Shown here: piece after piece, positions 49,709 through 58,907 of the stretch
Layout: every line of letters starts with the position of its first letter
Position numbering within the stretch: the stretch's first letter is position 1
Assembly (NCBI GenBank): GCA_003216915.1
Contig: QCIB01000007.1
Location: forward strand, 4,091-68,090
Origin: Prochlorococcus sp. AG-402-I23
GTDB lineage: Bacteria > Cyanobacteriota > Cyanobacteriia > PCC-6307 > Cyanobiaceae
Reading direction: 5' to 3'
Length of the DNA: 64,000 nt
The notes under the pieces: generated by a model
What the model was told of the DNA's origin: nothing
The model's database searches: none
The model's input: the letters and a program-made list of their open reading frames with translations, nothing else
Made by a program: the position numbers and the translations under genes

Positions 49709-51205
49709 ATGAAAGAAATAAATATCTTATGGTTTAAGAAAGATTTAAGAATTCATGATAACGAAGCTCTTTGTGAGGCTATAAAAGATTGTGATATTTT
49801 ACCTATTTACATTATTGAGGTAGATATTTGGAGCCAAAATACTCATTCACATAGACAATGGCAATTTTGCAAAGAAAGTTTAATAGATTTAAGGAATGCA
49901 CTTGCTGAGATCGGACAACCATTAATTATTAGAACTGGAAATGTTATTAATATTTTTGATGAAATTAGTTCAAAATTTAAAATCAAAGGTATGTATAGCC
50001 ATCAAGAAACCGGAGATTGGCTTTCTTATAAAAGAGATCAAAAAGTAAGAGAATGGGCTTTAAGAAAAAATATTATTTGGAAGGAATTTCTACAATTTTC
50101 AGTTTTCAGAGGAAATTTTGATAGGAATGATTGGTCTAAAAAGTGGCAAAAAAATTCCGAAAAAAACTTACTTAAAGCTCCATTAAGAATTAATTCTATT
50201 AACTTAAATATTGGAGAAATACCCTCAGACGAAATTTTTAACTTTAAAAAAGAAACTTGTCCAGGAAGAATGCTTGGTGGAAGAAAGAAAGGTTTAGAGA
50301 GAATGCAATACTTCTTTAGTAATAAATTAGATTCTTATTCAAAAGATATATCTAGCCCAGAAAAATCATTTGACAGTTGTACAAGACTATCTCCATATAT
50401 TTGTTGGGGATGCATTTCATTAAAAGAAATTTTTAATAAGGCAAATATATCAAAAAACAATAATTCTATGATGTTAAAAAGCAGATTAACTTGGCATTGT
50501 CATTTTATTCAGAAACTTGAAAGTGAACCAGAACTAGAGTATAGGGAATACCATCCTTTTTTTAAAAATATTAGAGAAAAAAATAACGAATTACTTTATT
50601 CATGGAGTTCAGGTAATACGGGCTTTCCTTTTATAGATGCATGTATGCGTTCGTTAAATTTCAATGGATGGATTAACTTCAGGATGCGAGCGATGTTAAT
50701 GTCTTTTGCTAGCTATAATTTATGGCTACCATGGCAAGATTCAGGTTCTGAATTAGCAAATAAATTTGTAGATTATGAGCCTGGTATACATTGGAACCAA
50801 TGCCAAATGCAATCTGGAACTACGTCTATAAATACCAATAGAATTTATAATCCTATTAAGCAGGGAAAAGATCATGATCCTCAAGGAAAATTTATAAAAA
50901 AATGGATACCAGAATTAAAGGATATATCACTTAATTTCATTCATGAACCATGGCTATTATCTATATTTAATCAAGAAGAATATGAACAAATTAATTACAT
51001 AAGACCAATAATTGACATCCCAAATAGCACTAAAACTGCAAAGAAGAAAATTCAGGAAATTACTAAAAAGGAAGGATATTGGAATATCTCAAAAGAAATT
51101 TATTTAAAGCATGGCTCTAGAAAAAGGCTTAGAAAAAATATAAATAATAAAAAAATTGTTTCCAAGGAAAAGGAAAAGCAATACGAACTGAAATTAGATT
51201 TCTAA
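49709..51205 (+). CDS. Cryptochrome/DNA photolyase family protein
   Basis: WFKKDLRIHDN, RLSPY, WHCHFIQKLE, TGFPFIDACMR, INFRMRAM, RIYNP.KQ..DHDP.G. Confidence 0.92.
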   Translation: MKEINILWFKKDLRIHDNEALCEAIKDCDILPIYIIEVDIWSQNTHSHRQWQFCKESLIDLRNALAEIGQPLIIRTGNVINIFDEISSKFKIKGMYSHQETGDWLSYKRDQKVREWALRKNIIWKEFLQFSVFRGNFDRNDWSKKWQKNSEKNLLKAPLRINSINLNIGEIPSDEIFNFKKETCPGRMLGGRKKGLERMQYFFSNKLDSYSKDISSPEKSFDSCTRLSPYICWGCISLKEIFNKANISKNNNSMMLKSRLTWHCHFIQKLESEPELEYREYHPFFKNIREKNNELLYSWSSGNTGFPFIDACMRSLNFNGWINFRMRAMLMSFASYNLWLPWQDSGSELANKFVDYEPGIHWNQCQMQSGTTSINTNRIYNPIKQGKDHDPQGKFIKKWIPELKDISLNFIHEPWLLSIFNQEEYEQINYIRPIIDIPNSTKTAKKKIQEITKKEGYWNISKEIYLKHGSRKRLRKNINNKKIVSKEKEKQYELKLDF

Positions 51206-51332
51206 ATTTTATTTTCAGAAATTTCCAGATTCCTTTTAGCGCCTAGGAAAGTATTTTATATTTTGAAATTAAAGATATAAATCCACGATGAAGTAATGCA
51301 AGCTTTAGTGTATCTATTAGATTTTATTAATT

Positions 51333-51506
51333 ATGTCTGAAAGATTTGAATGGGACGATACCAATAGTTCAGGTATATGGTGGAGTACTAATGTAAGTAT
51401 TAGAGACGAGTGCATTTTGCTTAAAGAAGATTCTCAATGCGAAGATTCTGATATCGTCGAACTTCTTAGGAGTATTGCACAAAATATTGAAGATAATGGC
51501 CTTTAA
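51333..51506 (+). CDS. Hypothetical 57-aa acidic protein (MSERFEWDDTNSSGIWWSTNVSIRDECILLKEDSQCEDSDIVELLRSIAQNIEDNGL)
   Basis: Hand-translated ORF below the track cutoff. Confidence 0.7.
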   Translation: MSERFEWDDTNSSGIWWSTNVSIRDECILLKEDSQCEDSDIVELLRSIAQNIEDNGL

Positions 51507-51530
51507 TTTTTTAAAAGCTTATTCTCTATA

Positions 51531-52481
51531 TTAGATATTTTCAATTCCTTTTACAGCTTTTATTAATTCGATGGTTATACCTTTTTCACTCATTGAATGA
51601 CCAGCATCATTAACTATAGTTAATTCAGAATTCTTTAATTTCTTATTTAGATCCCAAGCACTTCTAACAGGACATACAACGTCATACCTCCCTTGAATTA
51701 TTTTTGTTGGAATCGATTGTATTGTTTTTATATTTTTCAAAATAAAATCATCTTCTAAGAAAATATTATTAATAAAATAATGACATTCTATCCTTGCAAA
51801 GGCATCTGAAAAAGAATTAACTTCAGACTTATCAAAATCAAATTTTTTATTTATTAAATGACTTGTTGAGAGTTCCCATTTTGTCCAAGCTGCTGCTGCT
51901 TTTGATCTAAGATTCGCGTCTGAAGATGTTAGATACTTATGAAAAGAACTTATTAAATCATTTCTTTCTTCTTTTGGTATTACAGAAATATATTCTTCAA
52001 ATTCATCGGGGAATATCTCACTTGCACCATATTGATAGAACCATAACAACTCAAACTTTCTACATAAAAATATTCCTCGCAAAGTTAAGCTGATAACTCT
52101 TGAGGGATTTTTAATCGCATATATAAGTGAAAGTGTTGAGCCCCAAGATCCACCAAACAAATGCCAAGTATCTATTTTTAAAAAAATCCTTAATTTCTCA
52201 ATATCATCAACTAAGTGATTGGTCGTATTTTCTTTTAATTCGGAGAAAGGAGTTGAAGAACCGCAACCTCTTTGGTCAAATTGAATAATATCAAATTTAT
52301 CTGGGTCAAAGTATCTTCTATATCTTGGTTGACTTCCTCCTCCTGGACCTCCATGAATAACAAGAATTTTTTTGCCATATGGATTACCAGATCTTTCCCA
52401 ATAAATAGTATGAATATCACTTACTTGTAAAAAACCCTTTTCACGTACTTCAATTTTCGGAAACAAGACTTGATCTTTCAT
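51531..52481 (-). CDS. pip: Proline iminopeptidase
   Basis: HGGPG, DQRGCG.S.P, GGSWGS nucleophile, QGRYD..CP, AGH. Confidence 0.95.
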   Translation of the reverse strand: MKDQVLFPKIEVREKGFLQVSDIHTIYWERSGNPYGKKILVIHGGPGGGSQPRYRRYFDPDKFDIIQFDQRGCGSSTPFSELKENTTNHLVDDIEKLRIFLKIDTWHLFGGSWGSTLSLIYAIKNPSRVISLTLRGIFLCRKFELLWFYQYGASEIFPDEFEEYISVIPKEERNDLISSFHKYLTSSDANLRSKAAAAWTKWELSTSHLINKKFDFDKSEVNSFSDAFARIECHYFINNIFLEDDFILKNIKTIQSIPTKIIQGRYDVVCPVRSAWDLNKKLKNSELTIVNDAGHSMSEKGITIELIKAVKGIENI

Positions 52482-52556
52482 TTTGAAATATTTTTAATCA
52501 CTTTATTAATCTATATTATCCAAAAAGAAGTCTAGTTTATAAGAAATTTGTTAAAC

Positions 52557-52585
52557 AAAAAAGGACTGCTTGTACAGTCCTTTTT
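52557..52585 (-). terminator. Intrinsic terminator (bidirectional shape)
   Basis: AAAAAGGACTG-CTTGTA-CAGTCCTTTTT. Confidence 0.85.
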
Positions 52586-52870
52586 AATATTTGATTTCCT
52601 TCTTACAGGATATAAAATTACATATTTTAAAGTCTATTTACTCATAAACCTAGAATACGTGAATTCGGGGATTTCTCTCGATAATTTTAGTCCCTATTGT
52701 CGCTAGTAATTATAAAGCGAAGTCTTATCAGACTAATTGATTGAACTTTAATTTTCGAATAATCCCATTCTCAGGAATACGCTTCCTATATTTTGGAATT
52801 TGCTAAATTTCAGGCGGACTATCAATCATTTAGATTGCCTCCGAACTCAACATTTATAAATTACTCCTTT
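52557..52870 (-). ncRNA. Candidate structured non-coding RNA (~300 nt)
   Basis: Several nested complementary segments found by eye, no long ORF, ends at a strong terminator; strand inferred from the terminator position. Confidence 0.55.
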
Positions 52871-52993
52871 TTATATTTTCAGTAAATCCGTAAATATGCT
52901 GATTTACTTTTTTCTTAATTTGTAAGAGGATTTTAATGATCCTTTGTTTTTTATAGATAAATATAAAAATTAAAGTCTATGATCCCTTATTTA

Positions 52994-53173
52994 TTAAGAT
53001 TCATAGAGCAAAATAGATTCAATTATTCTTTTATCACTATCAGAAAGTTTATAATCTTCTAATTTCCACTGAACAAATTTTACACACTCATCAATAGAAG
53101 GATTCTTATCCCAGCACTTACGCCACTCTCTAATCCAATCTGCCAAAGCAAAAGTAATTTTTGTAGTAAGCAT
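52994..53173 (-). CDS. Hypothetical 59-aa protein
   Basis: ORF track; ATG at 53173 lies 2 nt after the upstream stop. Confidence 0.72.
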   Translation of the reverse strand: MLTTKITFALADWIREWRKCWDKNPSIDECVKFVQWKLEDYKLSDSDKRIIESILLYES

Positions 53174-53175
53174 AT

Positions 53176-53316
53176 TTACCAATCAGGGTAATTAAAATCT
53201 CCGCCAATAGGTTCTTCATAAAATTTCCCTTCTTTTATACCTTTATCATATTTTTCAATAATCTTTTTAGAAGAAGCTATTGAGGGAATTAAATCTCCTA
53301 CATATATTGGCTCCAT
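53176..53316 (-). CDS. Putative 46-aa protein (MEPIYVGDLIPSIASSKKIIEKYDKGIKEGKFYEEPIGGDFNYPDW)
   Basis: Hand-translated; tightly coupled to the downstream ORF. Confidence 0.62.
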   Translation of the reverse strand: MEPIYVGDLIPSIASSKKIIEKYDKGIKEGKFYEEPIGGDFNYPDW

Positions 53317-53390
53317 CGTAATTGATATAATGATTTTAATTATTTATTATTCTATATAAGAACTTAATAAATAGATTATTAATATGCATT

Positions 53391-53486
53391 ATGGATTTCA
53401 TCAAAAAAAACAAGATCTTAACGCTAATGGCTGTAATTGCAGTTTTATCATTTGCATTAGAAAAAGTAGGCATAATACACCCTTAA
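53391..53486 (+). CDS. Putative 31-aa membrane peptide (MDFIKKNKILTLMAVIAVLSFALEKVGIIHP)
   Basis: Hand-translated; basic N-terminus plus TM segment. Confidence 0.55.
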   Translation: MDFIKKNKILTLMAVIAVLSFALEKVGIIHP

Positions 53487-53514
53487 ATTAATTAAGTTTA
53501 TTTGTAAATACTTC

Positions 53515-53604
53515 CTAATTAAATAAGTAAACCGATACTATTACTGCAAAAATAAGCAATGGAGATAATAATGTAAAAACTAAAGTTGAAAGATTAATCA
53601 GCAT
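53515..53604 (-). CDS. Putative 29-aa hydrophobic peptide (MLINLSTLVFTLLSPLLIFAVIVSVYLFN)
   Basis: Hand-translated; could be a chance ORF in T-rich sequence. Confidence 0.4.
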   Translation of the reverse strand: MLINLSTLVFTLLSPLLIFAVIVSVYLFN

Positions 53605-53693
53605 AAATTTTAAATAAATACACAAATTTAATAAACATCACTTTTAAGCATTTGCAATAAGTAAAATTTAAATTATTACGATATAAAAAAAAT

Positions 53694-53891
53694 TTGAATA
53701 AAGAAAGATATAAAGAAGAATATGAAGAGGGCTCAGACTTACTATGGCCTAGTGATAAAGAAGATAAAATAACTCGGCAATTTTATAAAGATTTATCTAA
53801 TCTTTCAAAAAACATAAATTATAGTAAAAAGAAAAAGCTAAAACTTTTTAAACAAGTAGTTAGAATAATAAAAGGCAAAGGCTGGGGTTAA
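53694..53891 (+). CDS. Hypothetical 65-aa protein
   Basis: ORF track; TTG start. Confidence 0.6.
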   Translation: MNKERYKEEYEEGSDLLWPSDKEDKITRQFYKDLSNLSKNINYSKKKKLKLFKQVVRIIKGKGWG

Positions 53892-53908
53892 TAAATATTC
53901 AAACTAAA

Positions 53909-54769
53909 ATGAAAAATTTAATGATACTAATTAGAAGTTTTTTTCTTTTAAGACCAAGATTTTTATCCACTATATTTTTTATTCCTATTCTTTATGGCAT
54001 TGGCTGGGCTTTATCTCAGCCACTTTTATTATTTAATTTTGAAAAAGAAAATTTATCCTTAATTGGTACTATTATTACTTTCTTACTTTTTATCTTTTTA
54101 CTCCCATATTGGTTTTATATCAAACGAAATAAATCAAGTGCTTGGATTATTCTTGGGATAACAAAAGACAAATTCTTAAAAAACTTTTTCAATTTTTCTC
54201 AAGGTATTTTATTTGCTTTAGTTTTAATAATTATAATTCTGGTACCACTATTGCAAAAAAATTATATTTCTTGGATAGGTGAATTCTCGCCAATAATACT
54301 GTTAAATTCTATTGTACTGGGATTAGGTGTTGGATTCGCAGAGGAAATAATTTTTAGAGGCTGGTTACTAGAAGAATTAAAATTTGAATATGGTACAAAA
54401 ATATCAATAGCTTTACAAGCTATAATTTTTAGCTTCGTTCATAACTTATCAAATGAGATCTTTTGGAACATAGTAGGCTTACGTTTGGGATTTATTTTAC
54501 TTGGGATATTTCTATCATTAGTAAAAATTAGAGATAAAGGTTCTTTATGGAATTGCATAGGAATTCATGGAGGACTTGTGGGTATTTGGTTTTTATTAAA
54601 TAATGGCTTAATAGAATTCAAAGAAAATACACCTTCTTTTTTAGCAGGGCCTTTTACACAAAATATTCCAAACCCAATCGGAAGCTTTAGTGCAATTTTA
54701 ATACTACTTTTGTTATGTATTTTTTATACAGTAAAATCAAAAAAGATTTTTACTAGACGTTTTAATTAG
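53909..54769 (+). CDS. CPBP (CAAX/Abi) family intramembrane metalloprotease
   Basis: EE..FRG, F...H, H motifs (AEEIIFRG, FSFVH, IGIHGG); multi-TM. Confidence 0.92.
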   Translation: MKNLMILIRSFFLLRPRFLSTIFFIPILYGIGWALSQPLLLFNFEKENLSLIGTIITFLLFIFLLPYWFYIKRNKSSAWIILGITKDKFLKNFFNFSQGILFALVLIIIILVPLLQKNYISWIGEFSPIILLNSIVLGLGVGFAEEIIFRGWLLEELKFEYGTKISIALQAIIFSFVHNLSNEIFWNIVGLRLGFILLGIFLSLVKIRDKGSLWNCIGIHGGLVGIWFLLNNGLIEFKENTPSFLAGPFTQNIPNPIGSFSAILILLLLCIFYTVKSKKIFTRRFN

Positions 54770-54831
54770 ATATAAATACCGATTGATTTTTGATTAATAA
54801 TTGTCAGATTAAAATAAAGCTTAATATTCAT

Positions 54832-54996
54832 ATGAACTTTGATGCAGGAATAAGATTTATTGTGTTTTTAATAATTTTTGGAGTTACAAACTATCTAATG
54901 ATGTTGAGAAGATATGAAAACGAAGTCAAAAAAAAGAAATATTTGCAACAGGAAAAAATTTCCAGGCTATACCCTAAAGGTTCATTTATGTTCTGA
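54832..54996 (+). CDS. Small single-TM hypothetical protein
   Basis: ORF track (54790); ATG at 54832 preferred. Confidence 0.6.
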   Translation: MNFDAGIRFIVFLIIFGVTNYLMMLRRYENEVKKKKYLQQEKISRLYPKGSFMF

Positions 54997-55024
54997 AATA
55001 AAAAAAAGTTTTTGTAGAATTTCC

Positions 55025-55273
55025 TCACCATTTTTTATTAGTTTTTTGCCAACCTTCATTTAACAATTTTTGCCATAATAATCTCGCTTCTTCAATAACA
55101 ATTTTTTTTCTAGTTTTCATTAATGGAGGATTTTCTCCATGAATTCCCATAATAATTCCTTCTTCAATAAACATATAATCAATAGATTTATCAGAATAAT
55201 CTCTATCTTTGTAGAAACGCATCACCCCTACAAAATTAGAGTCAATTAACCAGAAATCATTAGTTGAATTCAA
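55025..55273 (-). CDS. DUF1651 family protein
   Basis: WL......V.RF, PPL.KTR, A..LW..L...GW....W. Confidence 0.8.
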   Translation of the reverse strand: MNSTNDFWLIDSNFVGVMRFYKDRDYSDKSIDYMFIEEGIIMGIHGENPPLMKTRKKIVIEEARLLWQKLLNEGWQKTNKKW

Positions 55274-55345
55274 TAAACCAAAATAAAATTAAATTTATCA
55301 TATGCTTTGATTGCAATCTGCTAAGAAAATATTTATATAGTTTAT

Positions 55346-55774
55346 TCATATTTGATATATTTTTTCTTTTTGTCTACTTTTTTTCAATTCGCCACGTTTT
55401 TTCTTAACCTCAACTCTTTTCTTTTGTGATGCTTTAGTAGGTTGTGTAGATTTTCTTAATTTAAGTGGTTTATTTAAAGCATTTTTTATGATTGAACTAA
55501 ATTTCATTAAAGCTAGCTGCCTGTTTAATAATTGATTTCTGTGTTCTTGAACCGCTAAACGCAAGCTATTATTTACTAATTTGTTTTTCAAGTTTCTTTT
55601 AAGAATTTCTTTCTGATAATCATTTAATACTTTGGAATCTTCTAAATCAAAAATAATCTCTACTCTGCTTTCAATTTTATTTACATTTTGCCCTCCAGGA
55701 CCAGAGGATCTGGAAAATCGCCACTTAATTTCGTTGGATGGGATTACTAATGTTTTAGTAATTTTTAAATCCAT
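55346..55774 (-). CDS. arfB: Alternative ribosome rescue factor B (peptidyl-tRNA hydrolase YaeJ)
   Basis: RSSGPGGQNVNK, RNQ..NR, basic C-terminal tail. Confidence 0.95.
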   Translation of the reverse strand: MDLKITKTLVIPSNEIKWRFSRSSGPGGQNVNKIESRVEIIFDLEDSKVLNDYQKEILKRNLKNKLVNNSLRLAVQEHRNQLLNRQLALMKFSSIIKNALNKPLKLRKSTQPTKASQKKRVEVKKKRGELKKSRQKEKIYQI

Positions 55775-55978
55775 TTTTAGTTCTTTTTGATTTAGATTCT
55801 TAGAATCATTTATTTAATACTTTAAAACATACCTTAAAATTCGATCGGTAAATACTGGGCGGTTATGTAAGGCAAACCGAAATTCGGTGTATTTGCCGTA
55901 TCAATATCTTCGGTATTTATCCTTTCATATTCCAAAGAATTATCAGATATTGAATTTGTACTAATTCAAAGGTCACTT

Positions 55979-56215
55979 ATGTATTCAATGTTTGATCTTC
56001 TTTTTGAAACACCTTCATATCGCCCTGTATATGTTATTTCCGATAGTGAAATGAAGGAGTTAAAGAAAAACCAACATCAAGAAGAGCTTGATGAAATTAC
56101 AACACAAAAAGTAAGACTTGAAGATGCTTTTAAAGCTCAACTAAAACATCTTGAAGAGAGAGAAAAAGAAGTAAAAAAAGAACTTAAAGTACTCTCAGCC
56201 TCAAAAGATAAATAA
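55979..56215 (+). CDS. Hypothetical 78-aa coiled-coil protein
   Basis: ORF track; followed by its own terminator. Confidence 0.82.
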   Translation: MYSMFDLLFETPSYRPVYVISDSEMKELKKNQHQEELDEITTQKVRLEDAFKAQLKHLEEREKEVKKELKVLSASKDK

Positions 56216-56242
56216 TTTATTTTTAGAGAAATTACTTTTTTC

Positions 56243-56268
56243 AAAGACGGTTAAAAACCGTCTTTTTT
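56243..56268 (+). terminator. Intrinsic terminator
   Basis: AAAGACGGTT-AAA-AACCGTCTTT followed by further Ts. Confidence 0.87.
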
Positions 56269-56334
56269 AATTCTTCTAGTTTTAAGGTATCTATTAAATC
56301 CACAGATTTTAAAAATATTTTCCATAATTAAAAA

Positions 56335-56439
56335 ATGAATAACAATAAAGAAAAAATAAGAATGTTCTTACCCTTTAGTTGGGTAATTTGTGCAGCAATA
56401 TCTTTTGCTTATATAAATTCACATTTAATAAATACCTAA
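56335..56439 (+). CDS. Putative 34-aa membrane peptide (MNNNKEKIRMFLPFSWVICAAISFAYINSHLINT)
   Basis: Hand-translated; ends 5 nt before the next start. Confidence 0.5.
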   Translation: MNNNKEKIRMFLPFSWVICAAISFAYINSHLINT

Positions 56440-56444
56440 CCTAA

Positions 56445-56789
56445 ATGTCTTATCCCTCAAGAGACGAAATACTTGCATCATCAAAAGGGTGGGTAGCATC
56501 TTTCCTAAATTTTCTACCTGGTTTAGGATCGGGTTATTTATATCAAAGAAGATGGAAAGCCTATTTTTTTACCATCACTGCTAGTACTGCATGGTTCGCT
56601 TTAGGTTTTTTTTTACAAGGAGATTCAGAACCTTCTCAAAATGAACAAATAATTGGATTATCTGGTCTTTTTTTCATATCAATAGTTACAGTTATAGAAG
56701 CCAACTTGGCTTTCAAAAAAGCAAGTAATAAAACAAAATCTGAAAAAGAGAAAATAATGTCCCTTAACAAAAAAGGATGGTTTAAATAA
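56445..56789 (+). CDS. Hypothetical membrane protein
   Basis: LNFLPGLG.GYLY motif and hydrophobic segments. Confidence 0.8.
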   Translation: MSYPSRDEILASSKGWVASFLNFLPGLGSGYLYQRRWKAYFFTITASTAWFALGFFLQGDSEPSQNEQIIGLSGLFFISIVTVIEANLAFKKASNKTKSEKEKIMSLNKKGWFK

Positions 56790-56885
56790 TTCAAAAAATT
56801 AGATCTAAAAAAATAATTTAATTAGTTCTCAGTTTTTAATTTAAGTAAAATTACCATATATAGTTTTAGATAATTAAAAATTTTT

Positions 56886-57158
56886 TTAGTTATAAAAAAA
56901 TAAAATTTCCTTTTCTTTGAGACCTTCCCATCCCGAGTCTATTAATAATTGATTCAATGTTTCTTTATCAAAATGCTTAGAACCCGTTTTGACGCATCTA
57001 TTTCTCATTGATTTTTTAACACCACTCCTTTGTCTTTTATTCTCCTCATCCATAATTCTATTGTATAGATCTAGCATTTTTTGAGGGATTGGAGTACCGT
57101 CAAGATCCACTCCATTTTGAATAGCAAGATCAACAGCCTGCATTCCCATTTTCTTCAT
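56886..57158 (-). CDS. DUF4090 (Ssr1528-like) family protein
   Basis: G..AVD.AI..G.DLDGTPIP...L.LY..IM..E..RQRSGV..SMR.R. Confidence 0.85.
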   Translation of the reverse strand: MKKMGMQAVDLAIQNGVDLDGTPIPQKMLDLYNRIMDEENKRQRSGVKKSMRNRCVKTGSKHFDKETLNQLLIDSGWEGLKEKEILFFYN

Positions 57159-57225
57159 ATATTAAAAAAAAGCTGAAACTATAATAAAACAAAACTTATT
57201 AATCTAAAATTCTTTGAATAATAAT

Positions 57226-57675
57226 TTATTGATTTTGAATTTCCTTAAGTACTCTAATAGCCTCTTTAATGTGTTCAGGACCATTCAATAAATCTCTAAA
57301 AATATGCCTAACTGAACCTTTGCGATCAATAACGTAAGTTACCCTACCATCCATAAAACCTAATACTTTAGGAACTTTAAAAGTTTTCCTAAGAGAGTCA
57401 TTCGTATCACAAAGTAATGGATATTGTAATTTATTTTTATTAGCAAATGCCAAATGACTTGAGGTACTTCCATTACTTACTCCCCAAACTTGTGCACCTA
57501 ATACTTTAAATAAGTCATATTTATCTCTAAATCCGCAAACTTCTATAGTGCAACCCGGCGTATCATCTTTTGGATAAAAAAACAAAACAAGTGGATTTTT
57601 TAAACCCTTATTTGATCTTTTAACTCCATTTTGATCCAGTAAAGAAAATTCTGGAATTTTATCTCCAATCTGCAC
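57226..57675 (-). CDS. bcp: Peroxiredoxin Bcp/PrxQ
   Basis: FFYPKDDTPGCT.E.C.FRD, GRVTYVID. Confidence 0.94.
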   Translation of the reverse strand: MQIGDKIPEFSLLDQNGVKRSNKGLKNPLVLFFYPKDDTPGCTIEVCGFRDKYDLFKVLGAQVWGVSNGSTSSHLAFANKNKLQYPLLCDTNDSLRKTFKVPKVLGFMDGRVTYVIDRKGSVRHIFRDLLNGPEHIKEAIRVLKEIQNQ

Positions 57676-57839
57676 AATGATTCTTATAAAGTTCCATATT
57701 AGAGGTTAATATGTTTTTTTTGTGGCCTTAAAATAAATAACTGATATTAAAGTCAGTTTTTTTGTTTTAAAAGATACTAAAAAATTATTGAAATAAACTA
57801 GGGTGAATTTAACTATAGTGAATTTATTAATTCAATAAT

Positions 57840-57974
57840 ATGGAATTAATAATTTATATTTTTTTATTTCTTATTCTTTTTTTGGGAGTTATTTTTAACT
57901 TAAAAATAACTAATTTTAAAAAAGTTAAAGAAATACGAAACAAAGCTAAAGATTATTCAAAAAAGAATAATTAA
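57840..57974 (+). CDS. Putative 44-aa membrane peptide (MELIIYIFLFLILFLGVIFNLKITNFKKVKEIRNKAKDYSKKNN)
   Basis: Hand-translated; TM segment plus basic tail; very AT-rich. Confidence 0.45.
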   Translation: MELIIYIFLFLILFLGVIFNLKITNFKKVKEIRNKAKDYSKKNN

Positions 57975-57990
57975 ATATGTATTTCTAAGA

Positions 57991-58230
57991 TTAAAATTCA
58001 ATTTTTTCATTTGGGGTAAATACTGAGCAATATTTTTTTACTAGGTCCTTTGGCTGACTATGGGAAGAATTCGTTAATTTTAATTTTAGTTTTTCTATAG
58101 CCTCATTAGCATTAATCTCACCGAGTCGATATCTTGCACACGTATCCAATACTTTAAACATTTTTGTGGTAACGGCTTCAGCTGGATAAATTAGAAAAAA
58201 TAGGTAAAAAACAACAAATAAGTACTTCAT
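57991..58230 (-). CDS. Hypothetical secreted protein
   Basis: Signal-peptide-like N-terminus ending AEA; two Cys in the mature part. Confidence 0.72.
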   Translation of the reverse strand: MKYLFVVFYLFFLIYPAEAVTTKMFKVLDTCARYRLGEINANEAIEKLKLKLTNSSHSQPKDLVKKYCSVFTPNEKIEF

Positions 58231-58408
58231 TTTTTTTTAGATAGTAGATATTTAGCGAATAGTTTCAATAATTTAGAAAAAAATTAATTTAGAAAAAGAT
58301 TAAAATTTAATAGAATAATCTAATTTGAGTTGAATATAGGATTTCTATAAAATAATAATAAAATAAATTAAGTTAAAATAAGTAATAGTAGTAATAATCT
58401 CGGTGAAA

Positions 58409-58546
58409 ATGAGAAAATTAATAGATAAACATAAAACTCTTATAAATTGGTACCAAAAAAAATTCAAATTGAGTGATTATCAATTACTTTGGTTAGTTTT
58501 CTTTAAAGGAGTATTAATAACAATAATATTTTTCAAAATTTTTTAA
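58409..58546 (+). CDS. Putative 45-aa membrane protein (MRKLIDKHKTLINWYQKKFKLSDYQLLWLVFFKGVLITIIFFKIF)
   Basis: Hand-translated; amphipathic N-terminus then a TM segment. Confidence 0.62.
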   Translation: MRKLIDKHKTLINWYQKKFKLSDYQLLWLVFFKGVLITIIFFKIF

Positions 58547-58636
58547 TATTAATAAAGCTATTCCGAGAATGAAATTTTCACATGATTTGACTATATTTAA
58601 TAGTAGATTTCCTAATTATTTAAATAGTTATCAGCT

Positions 58637-58903
58637 ATGAATATTTTTGGTGTAGGTTTGCCTGAAGTTACTGTAATACTTATCTTAGCTCTTTTAATTT
58701 TTGGTCCAAAAAAGCTTCCAGAATTAGGAAAACAGCTTGGTAAAACTTTGAAAAGTCTTAAAAAAGCGTCGAATGAATTTCAAAATGAAATCGATCAAGT
58801 TATAAACGAAGAAGATAAAGATAAATCTCCTAATTCTATAGAAGGCAATCAAACCAATGAAATTAATCAAGAAAAAATAGATTCAGAAAACAGCAACAAC
58901 TAA
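58637..58903 (+). CDS. tatA: Twin-arginine translocase TatA/E subunit
   Basis: FG.G.PE, LLIFGPKKLPELG. Confidence 0.93.
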   Translation: MNIFGVGLPEVTVILILALLIFGPKKLPELGKQLGKTLKSLKKASNEFQNEIDQVINEEDKDKSPNSIEGNQTNEINQEKIDSENSNN

Positions 58904-58907
58904 TATC

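Noticed and set aside
52650-52853. Pseudogene starting MLSSEAI behind a strong RBS, or 6S RNA
   Set aside because: Multiple in-frame stops with no recognisable protein; the pairing is multi-branched, not a 6S-like rod. Kept as a candidate ncRNA instead
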